DNA from: Trichoplax adhaerens
Lineage: Eukaryota > Animalia > Placozoa
Assembly (NCBI RefSeq): GCF_000150275.1
Contig: NW_002060947.1
Location: 4,392,335 to 4,456,334, forward strand
Length of the DNA stretch: 64,000 nucleotides
Direction of reading: 5' to 3'
Part shown: piece after piece, positions 38,998 to 51,565 of the stretch
How the letters are laid out: every line of letters begins with the position of its first letter
Numbering within the stretch: the first letter of the stretch is position 1
Notes under the pieces: model-generated
What the model saw: the letters and a program-made list of their open reading frames with translations, nothing else
What the model was told of the DNA's origin: nothing
The model's database searches: none
Made by a program: the position numbers and the translations under genes

Positions 38998-41900
38998 ATG
39001 GACGAATCGGAAAGGCAACGAGATATTTGTAATTCTTATATGTCGACGTTAACTGAGTTAACGAATAATTCCAAACCCGTGATTAATGTGTTAACGATCT
39101 TGGCGGATGAAAATAAGGAATTTGCTACTCATATTGTACGAATTTTGGAAGGAAGATTGCGAGAAGTAAGTTGTAGGATTGTATAGACGCTAGTTGCTCT
39201 TCCTTGATATGCTAGAGGATACTGCAGTTAAGCGAAAATACTGTACTCATCTCTATTGTATAGGTTACTGTATTAGTATTATGCGTACGTTGAGTTTGAA
39301 AGTAACGTCGGCTTCTTGTTGAAATTTTCAATGAAATGGATAGTATGCATGCAAGAATGGTTGATTGATATTACTACATATAGAAGGCCTAAGGTCATCT
39401 ATCCAAGCTTTTCTTACGATACATAGAGAGACTACCTACTCAATATATGTATCTTGGATTACATTAGCCTTGTTCACTAGACTCAAGTTACATTTTGACC
39501 CAGATGACGATGGCCTACATGGAACTAAAACGACGTCCATCGGCTTTCCTTGCAATAGGAGTCTTTTGAGCTATTTGGGACTACGTGCGCTTACAACAGT
39601 AGCATTTTTCTTTACACAAACCAACCCATCGCTTAATTATACCTCCATATTATCTGAATGGATTGTTCTTTTATCCATTTTTAATATCCTAGTAGTCATA
39701 TACATTTTTGAATTCATTTCCGAAATGTCTATCGACGCGTTATTGCCATTTGTCTATGAGAAAAAATGGCAACGAATTCATGATACAAATGCTTCATACA
39801 ATATTGTACTGTAGAAAATGATATTTTACTGTTGTACCAAGCTGTGCCGTAAACTCTAGTCTAACTGTTGATACTGCAGCCAAAGACGCTTTATGCTGTC
39901 ACTGTAGGGCTAACACCATCATTTTTGTCACCTGCTCAACACTACTTCAATGTGATTTTAATTAATTCAATTCATATAATTACTTAGCCCTTGTTCTCAT
40001 TGGAGAAGTCCTTGTTGATATTCCCCATCTCTTACCCAATGGTACTATCAAGGAATACACACGCACAAGTTGGCAGAATAGTAGCTCTTGCCACTGTCCA
40101 CCATGACCTAGGCAGTGTTAATTTTGATGAATATTCAATTCTTCCTTACAGTTATTGAACAGCAATGATTCACTGCTATCAAGACGCTTAAACAAGGCTT
40201 CACTTTTTACCCGCCATTTTAAACCTATCCCTACAAGTTGGATTGCGGCCAGTGTGCAGTGTGCGTTCAAACGCATACTGTACTGTATAGTACTGTACAC
40301 TGACTACAGTACTAAACCTGTAGTGTATAGTAAACTACTTGAATACACATGTTATTATGCGAAAGGCGAAGTTGCGCCATTAGTAGAAATAGAAGGCAAA
40401 ATTCCAATCGACTGCTCTACCAGTCTTATTAAAATGAAGACAGTAATATAATAATAATATGCACTACGATGGTACTTTTAAATCTCACAATTGGAGGATC
40501 AAAAGTGAAATGAAATGGGCATGATCCGCTTATTTTCTGATAGTCCATAACGAGGCAGATCTTCCTAGATTATAAAGTCTTGGTTGTTCCATGACATATG
40601 TATGCACTCTATGCCATGTTAATCGGAAAAAGTGACATGATCGTAGCATACGGTTATGCGTATATTCATAGCTGCCACTCGTATACTATTGTTAGTCATG
40701 GCGTCCATTTTTACTTCAGAGTCAAATTAAGGCCACACTCTTCCATAAGTCGGAAACCATTCTCTACTGCCACAAGGGCTATTGTGACCATACAAGTAAA
40801 CAATACTGTACAGGAATAGGATTGAATAGCGCGTTGGTCTAAGGGCATTAGGGTTGGCCAATTTCAGGTTTTGACCGTATAACTTACACAAAATACAAGA
40901 TAGGCTAGGATATCACAGCGGCTAACGATACCTAAGTCATACTCTGATGCACAAGTTTCTTTTTACAATGATCGGCAATATTGTTTATAGTAGTCAATGC
41001 TGTATTGACAAGTCGAAATGTAGTAGTAAAGTTTTGATCAAGTAGCGTTGGAGAATGTGAATCTAGTTTAAAAATGGAATAGGTACAGCATTTTGCTACC
41101 ATAAAATGACTCATCTCTTCCAATTGGTAAACTAATCTATTTGCAATAACTTAAACATCATCTTTGGTTTATAACCGCTTTTTAGGTCAACATCGAGATG
41201 AAACTTCCTGTACTTTATTTGATCGATTCTATTGTAAAAAATATTGGTGGACAGTATCGCGAACTTTTCACTCAAAATTTAGTATCCAATTTTTTCCATG
41301 TCTTCAACCAGGTACTATGGTGATAATCATTGATTTAATTTCATTTTAGTCAATGAGTACTTCATTGTCGAGGATTCTATAACAGAAACTTTCAGTAACA
41401 CCTAATCATTGCATTTTATTACATATGTGTATAGGCTAATGATAAAGTTAAGCATAGCTTATGCAAATTAAGAAATACTTGGGAAGGCGTATTCCCACCT
41501 AAGAAATTAAAAGCTTTAGACAATAAAATGCGTGAACCTGATCGCAAATCGCCTTCTCCACCTAAAAATATTCACGTTAATCCGCGATTTATAGAGGTAA
41601 TTAGCGTTTGCTTTACCTTCAATCTATTTCCCTATACGTTTATTACTGTTACTACTTGTTTATTGCATGTATTTGACACTTGAAATTTTATATGGTTATT
41701 ATTACATATATAGTTATATATCTTGTACCTCCCGTTACAGTACTTAGCTGATTTTTTTATACATGGTGTTAAAAAGATTGTATATCAGATTAGAAAAAAA
41801 TTTTGGATAATATTTTAAGGGTATTCAACTCAGAATGTAATTCAATAGAACTATTATTTTCTTTGTAGCAAATGCTAACTCGCTATGTATTATGCAGATA

Positions 41901-44407
41901 AGAGTAATAGTGTATGAGAGTAGGAGTCATTTGTATATCCTATTATCGATATTACTCCTATAGTAGCTTATACTTTGTAATTCCTGTAGTTTCTGTAGTT
42001 CTTAAAGTAAAACCTGAACTTGGAGTTACTTAAAATCTTAAAAATAGTACGTTGCGTATACAATATATATATAATCCATAAATAGCTTTATTATTTATAC
42101 TCTACCAGTCGGTGTTAGTTTAGTTTAATGTTGTTTAACTTAGATCCTCTTTCGGAGTATTAATTCTAATCTTAGATGAGAATATACAGTACAATGCATT
42201 GTTGTATTTTCCTACATGGATCAGAATAAGTAATCGTGACAATCTCAAGGTGCAATTCTTTCTCCAATGTCACCTTTAGAGAGAGTATATCTTTTCGGTA
42301 TATATTTTTTCTCGCACTGAATGAGTTAATTAAAAATAAAGCGCTTTAGAACTACTGAATTTTGAGAAGAGATGGTTACTAGCCTTATTGAACCCTTATA
42401 TAACTATTTAAATCTAGTACCGCCATCCTGCTCCTCGGTCGGAATTTAGACCTAGACCTTACAATGATTTTCGAATGGATCGTCCCATGTATGATGCGGA
42501 AGATGGGCATAGACACCCTCGAGATGTCTACGGACCTCCTCACGAATTTATGGGACGGCCACGAGGATTGATTGATGATTGGAGACCACCGGGTCCTCAA
42601 CATCCTGAGATATTTCGTCCACCCCGTCCAGTTATGGACTGGCCTGAGCAAAGACCTCGCTTTAACTCTGGTCCTCCACGCCCCTACAAGGCTCCTCGTA
42701 AACGTAAAGAGGAAGACCCTAGGATTGATCCTCACAGTAGAGAAAAACGTGGCAGGCATCGTGCTACAGGTAGTTTTAAGATGAAACTGATAGTTAAAAC
42801 TGTAATTAACATCCTGTACTTCACTATTTGCAAATTAGTATCAACGGAAATACCCAAGGTTGTAAAGCCAACCGAATCCCTAAAGCGCAATAAAAATCAA
42901 CAAAAGAAATTAGCTCATAATACATCAACTCAACAATCGAAAGTAGGAACTATCAATAAAGGTATTATTTTCTTTCTTGAAAGATAATAGTATAATTGAT
43001 TATACATTTATTATAGGACTTGGCGTGTTATTGATTTTAGTGTGGCTAGATGTATCAATAGTAGAATACGATAAATATAATACGAAAGCTGTTTTTACGT
43101 CAAATCTACCAAAATATTTTCATCGATATAGACAAGGATGAAGCCCAAGATATCCAGAGCCTTCTGCAAAATTTAATAAAAAATGGAATATTACCAAGTG
43201 GCGAAAGTCCAAGCCCTATATCTAACGTTATTCCTCAGTTATCTTTAAAGGAAGAAGATTTAAAAAAGTGATGAGTATTAACAGTTGTGATATTGGTTTA
43301 AGTTAATTATTTCTTTTATATCTTAAATGTTCCTTTTTTGTTTAATTAGAAATTACGTAGGCGTAATAGAAAAATTATATAAGAAAAAGCAGTGTTCTAT
43401 GTGTGGAGATAGATTTAGTAGCGATGGTGCTAGGAGTGATTATAGCAATCATTTAGATTGGCACTTTCGATATAATAGTCGAAGGAATGATTCTAAAAGA
43501 AATCGATCAAGACCATGGTATTTCTTACTAGAAGTGAGTCGTTGAGAATTTTGCATAATCTAATTTGTTTATTGAATGTAATAACGCTGTAAAATTACTC
43601 ACAGGATTGGACTACATGTGAGGATTTAGACGATCCTGATAAGGGAGGTATGATGATGAAATTTCATATTTTAACTGATATTTCTTAAAATTGGTATTTA
43701 TTACTAAGAATCTGCCGCTTTGCGCAATCGAAATTGGATTTTTAACGTAGCATTTAGTAAACTTTTTGAAGATGCAAAAATGAATGAATCAAGCGATGAA
43801 AAGATTTTAGAATCACTTCAGTGTAATTTAATACCGAACAGTGAGGATCAGGTTTGTATGTAGATCAGTGTTAGATGTGATAGTATTCGATATAGTAAAA
43901 CGAAGGTAATATCGCTTCATTTTTTACTGACTGTATTTTACGATAGGTTTGTGCTCTTTGTCACGAAGCATTTACTGACAAATTCTGGGAAGAGAACGAC
44001 GAGGAGTGGCATTTTAGAAATGCGAAACTGGTTGATGGAAAGGTATGATTAAGTAGTGGATCTATTTAGTCCTTCGTAATATACATGACCAACTATAATA
44101 TAATGCTATATATATATATTTTTACTTAGGCTTATCATGCATCTTGTTACGATGACGCAATCGGAGTAAGTCGAGTAATTAATTTTGGATATACCTTATG
44201 GTCTAACTTAAGTGAGATTTTTCGACTTCAAACTCTCTAATAAATGCTTTAAAAATTTTTCTATAGAATCCCTTGCTTGATGTTGATAGTAATAGTATTA
44301 CAAAGAAGTTAAATGAAGATACTAATGCGGATGATATTTATGATGACAAAACACAATGTAAAGAAGGAAATAAAACGGGTTCTTTAGAACAAACTGAGCA
44401 AACCTGA
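38998..44407 (+). CDS. PCF11: Pre-mRNA cleavage complex II subunit PCF11 (CID, P/R/G-rich repeats, two zinc knuckles)
   Basis: CID: LTELTNNSKPVINVLTILADEN...|...KLPVLYLIDSIVKNIGG.Y..LF..NL, KLRNTWEGVFP, IHVNPRF. C-terminus: LY....QCSMCGDRF...HLDWHFR.N....SRPWY (Clp1-binding), CALCHEAF..FWEE.DEEWHFRNA and YHASC. TGA at 44405-44407. Confidence 0.95.
39365..39814 (+). other. Hydrophobic 149-codon ORF nested in PCF11 intron 1, possibly a Frag1/DRAM/TMEM150-like remnant
   Basis: Three hydrophobic segments. The last, SILSEWIVLLSIFNILVVIYIFEF, resembles the EW...EF final helix of the Frag1/DRAM/Sfk1 family. The ORF begins at TTG, not ATG. Resemblance judged by eye only. Confidence 0.3.
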
Positions 44408-45865
44408 TATCACCGATTGTACCGAAAAGCGTGATAGTAAGACTAGAAATTTTTAAATTATATATGCTGTGGTGCGGTCGTAATCTAATGAGCTTGTGCG
44501 AAGAGGTAGTTATAAACTGAGAATTGAATGCCAAATTTATCCCGTTTGGACGTGTTTGCCTAGTTGACACCATCAGCAACTGATATATTAGAAATATAAG
44601 GCAACATAATCCTATTACAGTATGAAAAAAGGATTTAAAGTATTATTTCTATTTTTCTATCGTGACTGTTAGTCACTAGTGCAATTCATCAGTTGCTTAT
44701 ATGTAAATGTGGTAAGATATTTCAATTTCTAGTTCCATCATATCAAAGATAATAATACAGTGATAATGTATATGAAAGTGAATGATAACGTTATTCCTGT
44801 GCAAAAATCCCTTAAACTTCGTGCAGATCGTTTGAGATTATGTGTCTTACTCGTACTGTAAAAACTGCAAAAGGTCGTCTTCTTAAATAAAAGCAAGCAA
44901 CAGATGAACTTAGGTTCAATTAATTATTTTAATATTCTTATGTTGTGATCCTTATGGTCTTTGTGTTCTCCTAATTATATTGATCATTTATTAGTTACGA
45001 AGCACAGTACATGCATAATGAGGTATGCAACGCATGGTTTTTCGTAACAACAATTATAATACGATTTCCAGATATACATCTTGATTTGTTATTTTGTAGG
45101 CATTTGTTATTTAATTTGTGATAGCTTAAAGGGAATAGAGAAGATAAAATTATATGATTATTTTAATTACTACCAATAGCAACGATATTATTACTGATAG
45201 CGCGATTATAATACACCTACGATTAGTTTAGGTATGAATTGTATTGGCAATGTAACTCAATTAACAGTAAAAAATAAAATCGAAATATCTCATATCATCG
45301 GGTGTTATCTGTTATTGATTTTTGACATCAAATTCTTGATTTATACAACATGCTTTTTTGTAAAACCTCTATAGCAATTTTCTTTGGAGTACTGCTGAGT
45401 AGAAACTGAAACTGTTTCAATTCGATTTATTTGTGCCATACTATGTATGTAAATCGTAAACCATGGTAACACTAAGCGTAAATAAGTTTAGGGATAATAA
45501 AAACAGTAATGCGCATAAAGCAAAAGTTGTATACTTACTACAAAAGACAAAGTTTTACCGATTGCAACGCGTTAACATATACGTTATATCACAGTAAACG
45601 ACTGAACCATAAAGACTTGATCAAATAAAATAGTAATAAATGCAATCAGTAGTTTACAACTACAGTAGTACAGTATCTTACAGATTTAAGGTATGCGAAT
45701 ATCTTGGGTGAATTAAATTTCCAACTCTGTGTACCATGATCGATGTAATGCATGCCATATGTATATAGCAATAATAATGTATAATTTCGTAATCACTTTC
45801 ATTAATGCAAAAGTATCGTATTTAACCAGTTAGCCTTATCAGGTTGCTGCTATAATTTAAAGTTG

Positions 45866-45937
45866 TGAAATGATTTCAGTTTACAATTTGAGTACTTTGG
45901 TTGAAATGATTTCAGTTTACGATTTGAGTACTTTGGT
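45866..45937. repeat. 36-bp direct tandem duplication
   Basis: TGAAATGATTTCAGTTTAC(A/G)ATTTGAGTACTTTGGT occurs twice with one mismatch. Confidence 0.9.
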
Positions 45938-47128
45938 AGTACTGCCCAATGTACTACACTATCTGTCTATAATATGACACAAGTACATAATACCTGTAAC
46001 AATATAATACAGGTGATACTAATTTAATTAATTAGAGCACGATAAGTACTGTAAACCGCATAAGCACAAGATCTTGCTCAGGTTGAGGCTTAATTCAATC
46101 ACAATACTGAAGAATAGTACATGTAGATTATTCCTTGTGATAGATAAGGTGTATAGTAGATGGAATTTGTTGATATACGCCATATACGTCCGTATGTATG
46201 CAATAGGTTTATTAGTTGATCTTATCCAGTTTACTTCACTCACTTTATACACATATTAGTACGGCATGGCTTCTATTTATTAGGAAGACATACTAGTAGA
46301 TGTACAATGCCTTTAAGGGCATATTCTGTAATATTCTGTTACGTTAGTAAATTTGAAATCAAAAACTAGGATTAATCCTTTTTTTAGATATTATTGCTCG
46401 AAAAATCAACCGCTAACATCAAAAACTAAATCATCTTCAACAACTTGAAAGGTAATTTTATGTTTAATTTGCATGATAATAGTTAATTAGCTGTAATATC
46501 TCAGTGACGAGTAGAGATATGATATACTGCACAATCTAACGGTATGATTCTATATGAATTATAATTATTAATTATCAAATAAGCTTTGCAGTTGCTATCA
46601 CGTTCAATTTAGCTATATCTGATAAAGAAGAAAATTAATCTATAGTCACATAGAGTACTTATTTGATATAAATGACAGAGAAAACACGAGTAACTGGTTA
46701 GTTAACACATACGAAACCATGATATCGCACACACTATCTACAAAATAACTTGCTAATCATCGGTAATATTATTTAATTTTCGTGTGAAGCTTGGTTGTAA
46801 GTGTGGGATGCTGGACAGCACGTATTTGCTGGGATAAAGTGATCAGATATAGAGATGATTACACAGTCATCAGTTAAATACACTTTCTTTAGCATTGGAT
46901 AATACACTAAATTATCGTTATTACCTGAGTTGTATTTTAATTACAGTAAAAGCATTATTCTAGTTGATGATCGGCTATAGATGAGGTAAATTAATCGAAC
47001 AAATGCCTTTACGATGAGGAGGGTGTAATCTGCGAATTTTGGGATGCTTTGATGAAATAAAGCAACCCGATGATGCAGTAATCCAGCGGGCACATTCCAC
47101 TTTTAATTTAACTTTCAAGGTATCATTA

Positions 47129-50100
47129 TTATTCATTAACAACACCACGTGGAAAGAATTGCTTCAGTAAAGACCCTGCTGGCCATGTGGTCATCCATTC
47201 ATCGTAAAAACTATAACTATGGCTCATATCGTTGGTTGCTGTTGTTGGATTGGCCGTATCTACAAATGATAACGATACAATTGAAGAGTTTTGATATACG
47301 GTATCCATGGTTATTCAGGCTCATCGATCATCAGGTTAAAAAATAAAAATGTTTAGGTGTTGGATAATGTGCTACCACATTGTTAGGATCAAGTAAATCT
47401 GCATTCTTACCCTGTTGTTGTTGAGGTGATGGCGGCTGTTGTTGTTGCTCTTGTTCTTGTTGTTGCTGCTGTAATTGCTCTTGCAATTGCAGTTGTAATT
47501 GTTGCTGTTGTAATTGCTGTTGTAACTGTTGCTGTTGTAGTCGTAATTGTTCCTCAACTGATTGCTCGATTTGCTGTTCTGGTGTTAACGGTTCAAGTTG
47601 TGAAGTTTCTGATGATAATTGCCTTGCTAGCAGTTGTGGCGAAAGATCACCACCAAAGTCGGAATGAGAATGAAAGACACCATCCGCAATGGTACGGTGG
47701 CCCAATTCTTTAATATGATAATGTTGATCAATTAATCCCAAACTTGGCATGGTCGATGTACTATTGGTAACGCTAGTACCAGTATAAAATTGTTGAGCAG
47801 ATCCGTGAAGGTGATGATGATGATGATGATGATGATATTGCTGTTGCTGTTGGAAAAGATTTAATAGATGATGTCGTCGCTGTTCTGGTTGGTTTGTATC
47901 ATCAGTTGCAATGGTAATTGTAGACGGAGCTATACTTGAATCTTCCATTCTATCATTAGGTGGCAAACTTTCACTCATATTAATGGTAGTATCGTTGTGA
48001 TTTTCAGTAATAATTTCTGGATTTTGACGTAATGTTTTATTCAAGATTTCTTTCTCTAGTTCATCGACCAATCGCTGATGTTCACTATCTGGCGTTGTTG
48101 GGAATAATAAACTATCGTTAGCTTCATAAGAAGTTAGTCGTGCCGGGAAATTATTCTTCATAAAGGTGGCCATTGAAGCTGCTTCCTCTCGTGTTACCTC
48201 TATGTGAAGTAATTGGTCGACTTTTTTGGATAGTAAGCTCATTTGTTGCTGGACTTCGCTATCGTTACTACTGTCCGACACAGTTAACGTTTTAGCTTTT
48301 TTCTTGGCTTTATTAGCATAATAGCGATCATAAATATTTTCAACTTCTTGTCCACGCAGGATTGACTTTTTATAATAGGCCATAGCAGTCTGTAAACTAG
48401 CACCAACACCATAGCCATAATGGTACATAACGCCAACATGATAGAAATGGCGTGCACGTACCCCTTGATAGTGTTTTTCAATGTTAGCTAAATATGATTG
48501 GTAGGCTAATTTAAAATACCGATCAGCTTTATCTTCATCATGTAGATGTCGATATTGACAATTGCGATAAATTTTCCCTAGGCGAAATTGTGCATGAGCG
48601 ATAGTGGCCGCACTTACATCTTGCCCACGAAGGACACGTTGATAAAAATCAACTGCAATATCGATATTACTGGTTGGTAGAGCATTTTTTTCAATTAATT
48701 TAGCTAAATCAATGTAGGATGGATAATCTTGTAATTTAGCAGCAGTTGTAAAATAATGGCCAGCAACGTGGAGATTAGCAGGTAAACCAATACCATGCTT
48801 AATTAAAAACCCCAAAACTTGAAATGCTAAACTATTACCATTACTATAGCCGACAAAATCTGTTGCAACCGTAGCTAACTGGAAGCATTCCACTGCTTTA
48901 TCGACACTTTTTTCAACACCTCCTTTACCGTTTAAATAATACCAACCTAGCCAGAAAAGCGTTGTAGCATAGGCATAAGTTTGGCATGATTCAAAGTAAT
49001 AATCATAACCTGTTCGCGTCATATTATTACGAACAGGTTGATGCTCATTAAGGTAATTATCGTAGCGTGAAGCAATTAATAATTGCGCTCGTGGATGGCC
49101 GCCTTCAGCCGATTTTCGGATAAGGTAATTTTTAATTTTTTGACTTTTGCGTACACCTAAACCGTTTTGATACATACGGCATGCTATATTATAGTAGCCA
49201 GCAGGATTGCCTAAATCGCCAGCAATTTTAAAATATTTGATTGCTCTACGATAGTCTCGATCGTCCTTAGACCAGTTCATTTTAACCAGGAGATAACCTA
49301 ATTCGTTGTAAATTTGGCTCATTTCTTCATTTTTTTCATTTTGCTTAGGTTCTTGACTGCCATTACCGCTATCATTGGTATTATTATTATTGTTGGCAGT
49401 TGTTGCAGAGTTACCATTGCTACTATTATCGTTGTGATCACTAGAATTACTGTTCTGCTGATTTGGAGGATTGGTAATTGTCGAGGAAGTTACGCGTGTA
49501 ACTGTTGTAGATAGACTTTTGGCATATTCCTCGATAAGTGATTCATGATGACGTTTTAAATTATCAACAGCTTCTCGCCAAATTCGTGATCGTTTAAAAT
49601 TATACCATAATTCTTGATGACCTTGTGCATAATATTGATCTTGGGCTGCCGACTTTACATAATTTTCAACTTTGATTTTTATTAATTCTTCTTCTGGCAT
49701 CAATTTAACATAACTACAAGTTGGGAGCGGTGTTGATGGAATAGAAGCCATCGTTGGAGATGGCGTTAGAGGCATTGAAAATGATGCTGTCGGTGATACT
49801 GGTGATGTTGGTGATGTTAACTCAAATGGTGTTGATGGATTATTAGTATTGCTATTAGTTGTCCCATAGAGTTGGCATAGCATATATAAAGCACCTGGAT
49901 GATTATTATCGACAGCAATTTTATAATGATAGAATGCTTCTAAGCAGTCTTCATTTGTTGTTCCGAGACCCAAATGATAAATTCTTCCTAACTCGTAATG
50001 AGCATGAGGATCATGTAGATTTTTACATTTTTCCATATAAATCATTTTGGCTCTATCGAATAACTCATTTGTATAATTTTCATGTAGGAATAGGTCTAAA

Positions 50101-50216
50101 ACATCATCATCAGTAGGCGCTGCATCCGATGTTTGCGACTGGTCAGCCATCGATCGGGCAAAAGGAAAGGCTACAATGCTCGAACTTTTCTTTGCTTTTG
50201 GAACTTTGTTGCCCAT
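47129..50216 (-). CDS. SEL1-like repeat protein with N-myristoylation signal and poly-Q/poly-H tail; probably 2 exons, ~978 aa
   Basis: The ORF has multiple Sel1 repeats (AHYELGRIYHLGLG, YFKIAGDLGNPAGYYNIA..YQNGLGV, LGWYYLNGKGGVEKSVDKAVECF, VGVMYHYGYGV) and starts MGNK. A donor CAGG|GTAAGA at 47410 and an acceptor TTTGTAG| at 47260 give an in-phase last exon 47259-47129 (DTANPTT...FFPRGVVNE*). The unspliced ORF would end at 47331. Confidence 0.85.
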
Positions 50217-50929
50217 GTTTCTTGTAATGATTATAATTATCCAACAACAACTTACTAAAATTTGAAAAAGAAGGAAGAAAAAGCGAAAAATTATAATTGA
50301 AATACTTCAAAGAGAAGTTTTATCAAGAAAAGCAAGCTAATTTCTCTCTAGATATATTTTGTAGTATACTATAGTTGCGAACAGTTATTTCAATCATTAC
50401 CGATTAAGAGGTAGAAATTCAAGTTTCGGTATGCATAAACAAGATTTTAATAAAAATTTTTGTATAGACATTAATCATTTCGACCATTAGCAAGCAAACA
50501 AAGTTTGTAGTCTTAGTTTCTATAAATATTATTACTAACATTAAAGTAGAAACAGTGTCTAGAAATCATGCCTACCTCACCTATTTAATAGGAAAGGTTT
50601 CTATGATATTGTCATTAATGTGCTAACGATAGATAGAAAATTCAACTATGGTAATCGTTGTGTAATTTTATCTCCCTATTTCCCGATCACTCACTTCTAT
50701 AAAGCTCTTGACTTAAATAGGAACGATTTTTCGTGTTAACTGCATCCTATTTTCCATATATCGCTACTATCGTCATTTATTGTCTGTATATGGTGATCAC
50801 TTAATAGAATGATACTGTAGAAGTTACTTTTGTCAGCAAGGCAAATTTACATTTTTTTCTAAAGCATCTTCTTCCCGTCTAGGTTTGCGTTGATTTATTT
50901 TAGGACTTTGCTCTGACTATAAATATTGG

Positions 50930-51565
50930 CATGAAAAGTTAAGCGAATAAGGAAAGCTCGAATCGATATCGTAAGTAAGAATGATCAAAATCATATCAGC
51001 AATCTCTTGAAATTTACAAAATTGTTCTTTCAAAAGGCCAATACAATCATTGCACAGTATGCTAAATATACTCATATAACATTTCACGATCTTAATATCT
51101 TGCCGTAACTCATTACTGTATTAGATTACAGTAATGGAATAAAATATTATTGTTAGACTAGCTTCTTTGAGATTAAACAAACTTTTTAGTTGGCATTGAC
51201 GTTTTACTGGCATGCGTAATGGCGCAAAATGAATCGTTGACTGTTTCAATATGGATTGAAAAGTTAAGCGAATAAAGAAAACTCGAATAGATACCAAATA
51301 AGTAAGAGTAATTAGAATCATATCAGGAAACTCTTAAAATTTAGAGAATTATTCCTTCAAAAGGCTAATGTAATCATTGTGCAGTATGCTGAAACGTACT
51401 TGTATGATATTTCGCGATATTAACATCTTGCCGTAACTCGTTGCTGTATTAGATTACAGTAATGGAAAATATTATTCTTGAAGTAGTTTTTTTTGATATC
51501 GAACAAGCATTTTAGTTGGCACTGATGTTTTACTGGTACGCCTATGGACACAATATGAGTCATAC
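50930..51565. repeat. Diverged tandem duplication, two copies of ~325 bp
   Basis: GAAAAGTTAAGCGAATAA at 50933 and 51258; ATCTTGCCGTAACTC and TGTATTAGATTACAGTAATGGAA occur in both copies. Copy 1 contains the hairpin CATTACTGTA-ttagat-TACAGTAATG (51111-51136). Confidence 0.88.

Noticed and set aside
47372-47713. ORFs rich in N/Y/S or V/A overlapping the SEL1 gene
   Set aside because: They are alternative-frame and antisense shadows of the poly-Q (CAA/CAG) region.
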